Shown: positions 54,897 through 64,000 of the stretch, piece by piece | Numbering within the stretch: the stretch's first letter is position 1 | Layout of the letters: each line of letters opens with the position of its first letter | Assembly (NCBI GenBank): GCA_025558095.1 | Contig: JAIVFI010000030.1 | Location: forward strand, 434,001 to 498,000 | Source: Hyaloraphidium curvatum SAG 235-1 | Lineage: Eukaryota > Fungi > Monoblepharomycota | Direction of reading: 5' to 3' | Length of the DNA: 64,000 nt | Position numbers and translations under genes: made by a program | Notes under the pieces: model-generated | The model's database searches: none | What the model saw: the letters and a program-made list of their open reading frames with translations, nothing else | Told to the model about the DNA's origin: nothing

Positions 54897-56073
54897 ATGG
54901 AGCTCTCTACCCACACAGAGGCCGCAGAGCGCGGCGACGGCGTGTCGGAAAACCTACCCGTATCTTTCCTTTCCGGCGACGAGCTCCTCTGTCTCCTGCC
55001 CGCTCCCGTGGCCCTGTCGGCCGGAATCGGCGAGCCTGCGCCCGAGGATCCCGCAGAGGCAGCCCGAAGCGCGCGTCCGCTGACGGCGGCGGCCGTGCTG
55101 GAGGCCGTGGCGGCCGCTGGGGACCCGCTGTTGCAATGGTACACGCGCACATCGCTCGCGTTGGCGCCCTACGCGGCGCGGGGAAGACTCCGTATCGGCC
55201 TGAACCACTTTTCGAATATCCTCTTGATGATTCCTTTCCTCTGGATTGCCGGGATCCCTCACGGCTTTGGCCGGAAGCAGCTCGCCGCCACCACCGCAGT
55301 GCTCGTTTGGGAATGCCTCGTCTACTCCTTTCTCGCCACGAACATCGGTTGGTTCGTGGGACGTCGAGGCGCACAACGATCGGCTCCACAGACGGACAAG
55401 ACTCGGGCTGTACCGGGGGGGTTTTTGGTCGTCGCCACGCTCGACTCCTGGCCCGAGTCGGCTTTCTGGAGATACTTCCTTCTCCGCCAATCCGAGGATC
55501 CCATTCTCCCCCGTCAGTCCGATGACCCCGCGATGTTGCAGAGGAAGCTCACAGGGCAGCTTTTTCTCGAGCACGACGAGCGAGGCGGATCAGACTGCTG
55601 CTGCCCTCGCAAGTCGTGCGCGGGCTCCCTCGCGTCTCATGCTGGTGTTGTGCGCACGGTCAATCTTTGCGTCGTTCTGACTGCGCTCATGTTCATGTAC
55701 GTGGCAAGGTTCTTCACGGTCTTCGTCACCCTGGGAGGTCAAATGTGGACATCTGCATGGGCGGTTGCTGGCGTGATATTGATCCTGCTCTGCTTCAACA
55801 ACGAGCCGCCTTCCATGTTTGGTGGCAGTAATTTTACGGACAATCTTGCCGCAAGGGAGCTTGAACGGAGGCTCGAGTTTCGCGCTGTGCATCGGTCGTT
55901 GGAGGCGCTCGTTGCGCATTTTCGGAGCCTTGTACAAGGATCTTGCAAGGACGCTGTGGCCAGTTGCGAAACCTGGTATTCGTCTTTGGTGCCTTTGCTC
56001 GCTGTTTGCGATATGGACGGTGCTCCGGGCCATGGGCGTCGTGCTGACCATGGATTTGGTGTGCCCGGCATAG
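54897..56073 (+). pseudogene. 7-TM family paralogue 4, internally deleted
   Basis: N-terminal motifs and FLEHDERGGSDCCCPRKSCAG present. Near 56000 the sequence jumps out of frame to the family C-terminus (LFAIWTVLRAMGVVLTMDLVCPA*), so TM5-TM7a are missing. Confidence 0.75.
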
Positions 56074-56452
56074 TGAGGAAGGGTCGCATGGATCGCCGGG
56101 GTGCCTCCGGAACATGAGGAAGAAGTGCTGCACGGGGATTTAGGGGACGTTCTTCAGCGGCTAAAGTGGATTGCGCGGTGTCGATAAAGCATGGTTCAGG
56201 CCCTCGGGCCCTCTATTCCCGGATATCCTCCACGCCCCCCTCCCCAGGGCGGCAAATTGGGTTCCCGTGCTAATCGGCTCCTCAGCTAAGGAGATCTGTG
56301 CAAACTAGGCCCGGCGTAGCGGGCGCCCCCGTAGGGCGGCGAAAGAGTCCCCAAACGAAAAAGGCCGTGGTCGTCCAAATGGCAGTTGGCAGGTGGCAAG
56401 CGTCCGTGGTGTGTGTCCGGCAAACGCGCATCGTTCGGCACCGCGGGGGACG

Positions 56453-58285
56453 TCAGCAACCCCACGCGGCGACGATCTCCCGCATCAGCTCCGCCTCGGT
56501 GTTGGTGTACTCCACCCTCGACTTGCGGAACCCGTTGAACTCGCTTCCCGCGGCGGTGGTGTAGGCCCCCATGTCTTCGAAGTACAGCCAGTCCCCGACG
56601 CCGAGCTCGGGCAGCAGCCCGTTCTTGGTGATGCAGTCCATCGAGTCGCACGTGGGACCCCAGATGCTGCACGCGTGCTCGGGCGCGGCGGGGTCCTTGT
56701 CGTAGAGGAAGGCGCCCGCGCGGGAGAGCACCCGCGGGACGGGCTGCACGTGGTCGAAGTAGATGCAGTTGAAGGAGCCGTAGGTGCCGTCGTTGATGTA
56801 GTACATGAAGGCGCGGTCGGCGGTGCTGGAGGTGGAGCGGCCGCCGGGGCCGGGGAGGCGCTTGTCGGGGTCGCCGGCGACCGAGGCCGCGTCGCCGCCG
56901 AGGGTCGAGGCGGCGTCCGACTCGGAAGAGTCGGGGACGGCGCCGGCCAGCGCGGGGGTGGCCGGGCGCGCGGGGTCGGCGGCCTGGTGGACCACGCGGC
57001 GCGCGGTGATGTTGACGGCGAGGGTGTAGGCGGCCGAGACAAAGTAGCGGCCGGGCTCGGCGATGACGCGGACCGAGGGGGGGAAGAGCTCGTCGATGGC
57101 GGGGCCGAGGACGGCGGCGATCTGCTCAAAGGTGATGCCGGTGCTCTTGGAGCCGGGGAACCCGCCGCCAACTGCAAACAAAGGGGATTTAGCGGAGAAC
57201 ATGGCCAGCTGCTGCGGCAAGAGACGTACCATCGAGGAGCTCGAGGTCGTAGCCGACGGCCTTGGCCTCGTCAAACACGGCCCTCGCGGCGACCACCGCG
57301 TCCCTGAACGCCGTGGCATCGTAGCACCCCGAACCGACGTGGAAGCTGACGCCCACGACGTCCATCCCCATCTCCTTGGCGAGGGCCAGCAGCGCGGCCG
57401 CGGCCTCGGCGTCGGCGCCGAACTTGATCCCGAACCTGCACACGGACCTCGAGTCGTCCGTGAGGATGCGCAGCACCAGGCGGGCGCCGGGGTGGTGCCG
57501 CCGGATCTTGGCCAGCTCGTCGGCGTTGTCGAAGGTCATGAGGTCCACGCCGGCGGCGCGGGCGGCGCGCAGGTGCGAGGCGGGCTTGCACGGGTTGGCG
57601 TAGATGATGGACTGGGGGTTCACGCCGAACTTGAGGACCTGGTCGATTTCGCCCTTCGGATGCGTGGAGAGTTAGTTCGCATTTTAGGCAATGGGCCCAG
57701 AAGCCCGATTCCCACCTTGCTGGCGCAGTCGAAGCTGGCGCCGAGCTCGACGAGCGCCTTGACGATGGTGTCGTCGGGGTTGCACTTGACGGCGTAGTGC
57801 GGCACGACCCTGGGCAGCAGCTTGCGGAACTTGGCGTACTGGCGCACGACCTCGCCGATGTCGCCGGCAAAGAAGGCGTCCTCGTGCGCATCCTCGTCGT
57901 CGGCGCCGGCGTGGATCTCGTCCAGGCGGCGCTCGAGGACCTCGGCGATGCCGCACGTGCGGCGCACCAGCTCGGGCAGGAACGACTTGGCGGAGTTTGC
58001 CGACCCCAGCGACCCCTGCTCGGGGGCCATTCCGGCGGTGCCGACAACGGTGGAGAACGACTCGGCCCGCGAGTCGGCGGCGGCGGCGTCGAGGCGCCCG
58101 TCGGCGCCGCAGAGCGTGTCGACGGGCGAGCGCGGCCCGCTCAGCTTGGGCGCATCCTTCGTGGCCAGCCGGGGTGCGGCGGGGTCGGCCCCCGCCGGCA
58201 CCCCCTCGAAGATATTGGCGGCGACTTCAGCAGCGGCGGGCGCACCGGAGTGCGCAACGGGCGCGGCAAGGGGGGGAATAACCAT
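56453..58285 (-). CDS. SPE1: Ornithine decarboxylase, multi-exon
   Basis: PHYAVKCN (PLP Lys), FDCAS, IIYANPCK, FHVGSG, GGGFPG, AEPGRYF, WGPTCDSMD and GAYT; introns ~57655-57716 and ~57175-57229. Confidence 0.95.
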
Positions 58286-58907
58286 GCCCAGCGGGCGGGG
58301 CGCGGCGGCGGCGGAGAGCGGGGGGAGGCGGCGGCTGCTGGAGCGCTAACTTCGCGCTGCGCTGCGGTCGGAGGCCGCGGATCCGCTGGGGAAGGGCCGG
58401 GTGTCGGAGTTCTTGCGGTTGAAGAAAACTCGCGCGTGCGGCCCCGCAAGCCGCACAGCGGCTGGATCAGCAAAAGCGACTCGTTCGGACGCACCCCGGC
58501 CGGCCGCGCGCAGGGATGAAATGAAGCCGCAATTCGATCCCCGTTCTTCACAGGGCCTTCTGCGGCGCCCGGGGGGTCGCCGGCGGCCGGCAGGCCCGGC
58601 TTCGGGCAAATCGCGTTCCAAATACCGCAAATTCGTTAGAGACCGAATCGCATCTCCGATGGGCCGACGAAGCTGATTGCTCGCAAAGGCAGGCAGCAGC
58701 GCGGTACGATACGTTACAGCTCCGAAGGATTTGCCAGTCTCTGGACCAGTCCGATCGACGAAGGGAGACCCAATCCCCGAGAACGACCTATATCCCACGG
58801 CTACAGGACATCCAGCTACGCTTCTACGTCCTCATCAAGCGCCCTCTCCCTGATTGTTTCCCAAGAGACCCCGCACGAATCCCCGGCCCGGTCCGCCGCA
58901 TCGATCC

Positions 58908-59900
58908 TCAGTAACCTCCCTCTGCATGCCCAGTCAGCCGGCATGGACGCATCGTTACGACCTGCGGACCCACCGTGCCCGACCTTCTTGGGCCTCGCCG
59001 TCCGGGTCGGCCTCACCGGGATCTTCTTGAACTTGACGAGCTGCCACGGATAGGGTCAGCCGCCCTGCGCGCCGCGTCCGTCCGGATCCCCCACCTTGAC
59101 CGTCTGCGTGACGTACTTAATCTGGGTCACGTACACCGTGCTGTACACCGTGACGGTCGCCGGGGCCTGCGTGCTGGTGGGGAGCACCGCGGTGGTCTTG
59201 GTCGGCACGGCGTGCGTAGTGGGGGTAGCCGTCGTCGGCGTGGCCGTGGTCGTCGGGGCAGCGGTGCTCGTGGGCGATGCGGTGCTCGTAGGCGAAGCCG
59301 TGCTCGTCGGGGCGGCAGCAGCTACGTTGACCGTCCCGCGCATCCCTGCCAGTCCCATTACGACGATCGCGCACCGCCGCCTCATCCACCCACCGGCGGG
59401 GCAATGCCCTGGCACCATGCAGGCAAAGTCGAACGATCCCGCGGCGGTGAAGGTGTGGCTGAAGGTCGCGCCGGCGGAGCGCTTGCCGCTGTCGAACAGG
59501 GAGGGCGAGGCGGGGTTGCACGATCCCGGGCTGCGATCGCGGGGCGGGGGGGTCAACGGCGACCGAGGGGGGGATCGAAAGACGCACGAGACGTTGGTGA
59601 CGGTGTGGGAAAGAGCCAGGTCGGCGGGCCAGGTCCAGGTGACGGTGTCGCCGACGCTGATCGAGACGCTGGCGAGGGAGGTCATCCACGGCCGCGCTTC
59701 TTCATCGCAGGGGAGCGCACGTTGAAGGATTGTAGGCGAGCATGTTCCCTTGCGACGGCGACGCGATGTGAACGGGCTTTGGATGCCGAAAGCGGGCAGG
59801 GGAACGCACCGGCCCCGACGACAACGTTCACCGTCGCGGCTTCGGCGGCGGCCAGCGCGAGGAGCGCGATCGCCGCCACGGCGAGGAGACGGCGCTCCAT
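58908..59900 (-). CDS. Secreted cupredoxin (type-1 copper) protein with a Thr/Pro-rich tail, multi-exon
   Basis: Signal peptide; VGDTVTW..HTVT and FACMVPGHCPAG/MRG (H, C, H, M ligands); PTSTAS repeats. The 3' exons are tentative. Confidence 0.8.
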
Positions 59901-60348
59901 CTTGGCGTTGCTTTCGCGGAGCGCAAGCTTTCGGCCCGTGTGGTTGGATTAAACAGTGGACCAGGCGGAAGTGCGGAAGGCCGATGACTCGGTGCCGATG
60001 TGATGTGCGGCGGGACGGCAAAGAGCTGTGCGCATGCAGGACCCGGATCCCGTGCGACGCCACGTCGGGTTTTTAGGAAAATTCACCGATTTCGAGCTTC
60101 AATTGAGCCGGATGGCCAGTTTGATATTGGTGCCGCCGCGTCGGATTCGGGTCACTGCGGGGCAGTTCCGCGCCGCCTGTGCGGATCAAGAAGGGCCCGA
60201 GCGGAGGCGCCCAAAACTCGGCAAAGCAGACCATCAAGAAGAGAGAAGCAGATAGCACCGTTCCAAAGCATACATACGGCCATGCGCATACTGGCTGAGC
60301 CCCCTTTGACCACGATCTAGAGAGTAACAGCCACCACTTCCGTGCCCT

Positions 60349-62769
60349 TCAGACCCAGAGCACCGCCAGGCCCACCAGCAAACCCACCACAGCTCCCCAT
60401 CCCGTCCCCGCCCTCCCCGTCCCGGATAGGTTCCCTCCTCCGGCCCCTCCCCTGCACACGCACTCCCTGTAGTCGTCCAGATCCGGCACGCCGTTGCTGC
60501 ACGTCCCGCATCGCGGCATCCCCGCGAGCCGCTCCGAGTACCTCCTCGACGGCGGCGCGGGCTGCACCGCCGGCGGGGAGGGGCGGAACGCGGGCGCGAT
60601 TGGCACGGGGAAGGGCACCGGGCGGGCGTCCGAGGACGCGGGGAAGGAGTTGCTCCCCAGCACGGCGTCGGTGGTCGTCGAGGCGTCGACAGAGACTGCC
60701 GATCCCGCGAGCGGGGGGCCGGAGGAGGGGGCAAAGACGTTGTCCGACACTGTGGGGCCGGTGGAGGAGGCGACGGTGACGACGGGGAGGCTGTCCGAGA
60801 CCACGGCGTTGCGGACAAAGGCGAAGCCCGAGGTGGAGACGATCGAGGCCGCGGGGCGGGTGATGTTGCGGCTGCCGGGGAGCGGGAGGTCAGTTTGCTC
60901 AAGTGCGAGACCCGTGGGAACCCGTGCCGAAGACACCCACAAGACGTTGCCCGACACCTCGGCGTCCTCCACCCCCACCCTCCTGCCCGCCCCGTCCCAC
61001 TTTCCCCACACGTGCGCGTCCACCGCCCCCGCGTTCCACCCGTTCCCGTCGCACCCGACGAACTCGTTGCCGTACACCCCCAGCCTCTTCAGCCCCCTGC
61101 CCTCGCGCTCGAGGAAGTCGGCGCGGGCAAAGATGCACGCCATCGCGATCCGCTCCAGCCGCGAGTTGGAGAGGATCGTGTCGTCCGTGTGCAGCAGCAC
61201 GCCCCGGGCGCGGTTGCGCGAGCACGAGAGGCGGTCCAGGACTACCCGCGAGGCGACATAGCGGCGGTTCTGCAGCGCCGGGGCCGAGGGCAGCCAGCGC
61301 CCCGTGGAGGCGGAAAAGAAGGATGGTGGGATGGGGGAGGTGAAAGTGAGAACCATGGTGCCGCAGGCGTCGGCCTTGACGGCGGCCAGGCGGTCCGAGT
61401 GGATCGTCGTCAGGGTGGCGGGGTCGACGAACTCGACGGGGTCGCCGGCGACAAAGGCCGCGAAGAAGTTGCCGCGGAGGGTGAGCACCCTCGCGTCGCG
61501 CGGGTCCACGGACCACGGTAGGGAAGAATGGAAGGTGGCGGGGTACTCGAGCGGCGGCGGGGGAAACGGCGCCGCCGGGTCCGAGGTGTCGGTCGCCAGC
61601 ACGTCGTGCACGTTGGCACAATCGTCTCCCAGACTGTCCAGGGACACATTCTGCACCAGGATCCGGCCCGCAGTGCCACTGAGGAAGAAGCCGTCCGAGG
61701 CGGCGGTGATGTGCCTCGGAAAAACGGCGGCGCCGGGCGTTGAGGTCGACAAGGTGGGGACGGCGAGGCGGATGTTTGTGAAGCGCAGGCCCTGGCTGCC
61801 GTCGCCGGCGACGACGAGCTTGCCGGGCACGGCGCCGACTTCGATCGAGTCGAAGGTGCAGTTGTTGCAGCGGTTGACGACGAAGCCGTGCGCGTCGTAG
61901 GCGATGTGCCGCAGAAGCCAGCGCTGCCGCGGGGAGGCCTCGGGTACCCGCGATGTGGGACTGTCAAAATCAAAGCGCAGAGTGGTGGCGTCCAGGTAGG
62001 TGATTCGTGGGGCGTTGGGTTGGGGGACGTAGACCTCCGTCCCGTTCTTGACCCCGAAAGTGCCCGTCGCGGGGTCTACGAGATGAATCGAGCGAATTCC
62101 CCGGAGTTGGCCAACATCAACCCTTCCCCCGTTGATGGCCGCCGGCCAATCGACGAACCGCACAGTCCAGCTGGTTGTCGTTGCGTTCACGACCTCGACG
62201 AGCGACGACATGGGCCAGCGGTCGAAATCCCAGTCCATCGTGAAGCGGCCGACGAACGCCCGGTCGACGTGGTCGATGGCAAACAGGGCGCGGCGATAGA
62301 TGAGCGTCCGCCTCTCCGGTTCGTAGAGCGGGTCCGGCGAACAGGTCCAATCGCCCCATCCCGAGAGGATGGATGTCCAGTTGGGCCTGGTGAAGAGCAG
62401 CCGCGAATCGGCGCCATCGAACACAAAGTCCGTCAGGTTGGCAACCAGGAGAGCCGAATACATCGTGCCGCCGCCGAATTTGTAGGTCGGGCCGCCGCCC
62501 GTGCCGCGGTTGCGGAAGGTCACGTAGCAGGGCCGCCCTGGGTCGCACGCCCGCACGCCGTCCATGAAGGCGTCCGTGTTGTCGTCGGCTGCGGGCGACA
62601 CGCCGAAGTCCTCAAGGAACACGAGCGTGGCGTTGTCCGTGCGGGGCAGGGCGACGTCGACCGAGAACCAGGGCGAGGTCGCCCCGCGGGCTACTCTCTG
62701 CCCCGCCGCCGTCCCGGACGCCGCCACGAGCAGCGCCGCTGCGGCGAGCGCTACTTGGAGAGCCCGCAT
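60349..62769 (-). CDS. Secreted, membrane/GPI-anchored right-handed beta-helix protein, GH110 (alpha-galactosidase)-like
   Basis: Signal peptide MRALQVALAAAALLVAA; FGV...DNT, RHIAYDAHG, ASDGF, GDDCANVH and NRARGVLL; hydrophobic C-terminus. Confidence 0.7.
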   Translation of the reverse strand: MRALQVALAAAALLVAASGTAAGQRVARGATSPWFSVDVALPRTDNATLVFLEDFGVSPAADDNTDAFMDGVRACDPGRPCYVTFRNRGTGGGPTYKFGGGTMYSALLVANLTDFVFDGADSRLLFTRPNWTSILSGWGDWTCSPDPLYEPERRTLIYRRALFAIDHVDRAFVGRFTMDWDFDRWPMSSLVEVVNATTTSWTVRFVDWPAAINGGRVDVGQLRGIRSIHLVDPATGTFGVKNGTEVYVPQPNAPRITYLDATTLRFDFDSPTSRVPEASPRQRWLLRHIAYDAHGFVVNRCNNCTFDSIEVGAVPGKLVVAGDGSQGLRFTNIRLAVPTLSTSTPGAAVFPRHITAASDGFFLSGTAGRILVQNVSLDSLGDDCANVHDVLATDTSDPAAPFPPPPLEYPATFHSSLPWSVDPRDARVLTLRGNFFAAFVAGDPVEFVDPATLTTIHSDRLAAVKADACGTMVLTFTSPIPPSFFSASTGRWLPSAPALQNRRYVASRVVLDRLSCSRNRARGVLLHTDDTILSNSRLERIAMACIFARADFLEREGRGLKRLGVYGNEFVGCDGNGWNAGAVDAHVWGKWDGAGRRVGVEDAEVSGNVLWVSSARVPTGLALEQTDLPLPGSRNITRPAASIVSTSGFAFVRNAVVSDSLPVVTVASSTGPTVSDNVFAPSSGPPLAGSAVSVDASTTTDAVLGSNSFPASSDARPVPFPVPIAPAFRPSPPAVQPAPPSRRYSERLAGMPRCGTCSNGVPDLDDYRECVCRGGAGGGNLSGTGRAGTGWGAVVGLLVGLAVLWV

Positions 62770-63240
62770 CGTGGGTGCCGGCCCCGAATGAATCCCGATG
62801 CGGTCCGAAAAGAAGGGTGCCGTTGCGCGGCGGCGGGGCGCAGCAATGAGTGCGGGCCGATCCCCCTGACCCAAAACAGCGAGCCGCGTCCCATTCTCCT
62901 CCATCAGGAGCGGACAAACTTGCTTGGTGACTGGATACTACTGTTGCGATAGGCTGATTTTCCGTGGGACCGTGAGGCTGGATTTTCGAAGATGGCAGCG
63001 GCGTAGGACGGACCGTCAAGCTTGCACCTCGGTACTCAGAGGACTCAGACGGGCCAAAAGATAATCGTGCCGGGTGAACTGAAGGTAGAATCAGTATTTC
63101 GCATTGTGCGTTTGGCTCCGGCCACGCGTCAGAATCGTGGGCCAAGCTTCGACGCGGCTCATCCGTCTCCCACGTCAAGCACAGACGCCCCGTCCACCAC
63201 TTCCCACCTCTCCATCGCTCACCGCGGACCGTTCGAAACC

Positions 63241-64000
63241 ATGTCTTCCGCCCCGAAGCTCCCGAAGCGCAAGTTCGGAAACTCTGGCGAAGATGTGTCT
63301 GTCATCGGTGGGACGCGTCGAATGCGTCGGCACTTCATCGGCGCCAACACGAAGCTCCTCTATGCCACCACAGGGCTTGGCTGCATGGGCATGAGCCAGG
63401 CGTTTGGTACGGCACGCGTTCCGGGCGCCCTCGTTCCCGGTTGACGCGTTTGCTTGGCCCTCCTCGCCTCACGCCTCTCAAGGAACCGAGGTCAGCGACG
63501 AGGTCGGCGCCGAGCTCATTGCCCACGCACTCGATCTGGGCTCTTCCTTTCTTGATACCGCAAACGTTTATGGTGCCGGCGCAAACGAGATCCTCGTCGG
63601 CAAGGCCATCGCCAAGCTGGGCCGGGACAAGTTCTTCCTGGCCACCAAGTTTGGCATCCAGCGCGACCCCGTGACCAAGGCCATGTCGGTGTGCGGAAAG
63701 CCCGAATACGTCAAGGAGTGCTGCGAAGCCAGCCTGAAGAGGCTCGGCGTGGACACCATCGACCTCTACTACCTGCACCGCGTGGACCCGAACACGCCGA
63801 TCGAGGAGACCGTCAAGGCCATGGCCGAGCTCGTCAAGGAGGGCAAAGTGCGGTACCTCGGGCTCAGCGAGGCCGCGGCCAGCACCATCAGGAGGGCGCA
63901 CGCCGTGCACCCGATCACGGCGGTGCAGTCCGAGTACTCCATGTTCTGCCTGGACCCCGAGAACAACGGCGTGCTGGACACCTGCAAGGAGCTCGGGGTC
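63241..64000 (+). CDS. Aldo-keto reductase (AKR13-like), multi-exon, truncated by the window end
   Basis: [52 protein letters not shown] and VQSEYS. Confidence 0.93.

Overview
GC-rich, gene-dense eukaryotic DNA with short (mostly 50-60 nt) GT-AG introns and CTRAC/CTAAC branch points. It is most consistent with an early-diverging (chytrid/monoblepharid-type) fungus, which is an inference only. Housekeeping genes: RPS17, a sterol desaturase-family gene, GPC1-like, FPGT, PWWP/AT-hook protein, short RNase Z, ornithine decarboxylase and an aldo-keto reductase. These are interspersed with expanded accessory families and many pseudogene fragments. Highlights: (1) a spliced ~1135-aa kinase / caspase-like protease / ankyrin / pseudokinase fusion gene (37689-41366), resembling a one-gene cell-death or immune switch. 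(2) Four dispersed paralogues of a 7-TM family whose topology and split TM7 resemble the insect OR/GR (7TMIC) ion-channel superfamily; one copy is pseudogenised by internal deletion. (3) An intact ~7-kb CRE-like (RT+RLE) non-LTR retrotransposon with three overlapping ORFs and a candidate 10-bp TSD. (4) Several bacterial-type enzymes, some with introns: GlgX isoamylase, sulfotransferase, SDR, a degenerate PL10 lyase and a GH110-like beta-helix protein. (5) A candidate structured ncRNA at ~2010-2255. All calls come from reading motifs by eye; no searches were run.
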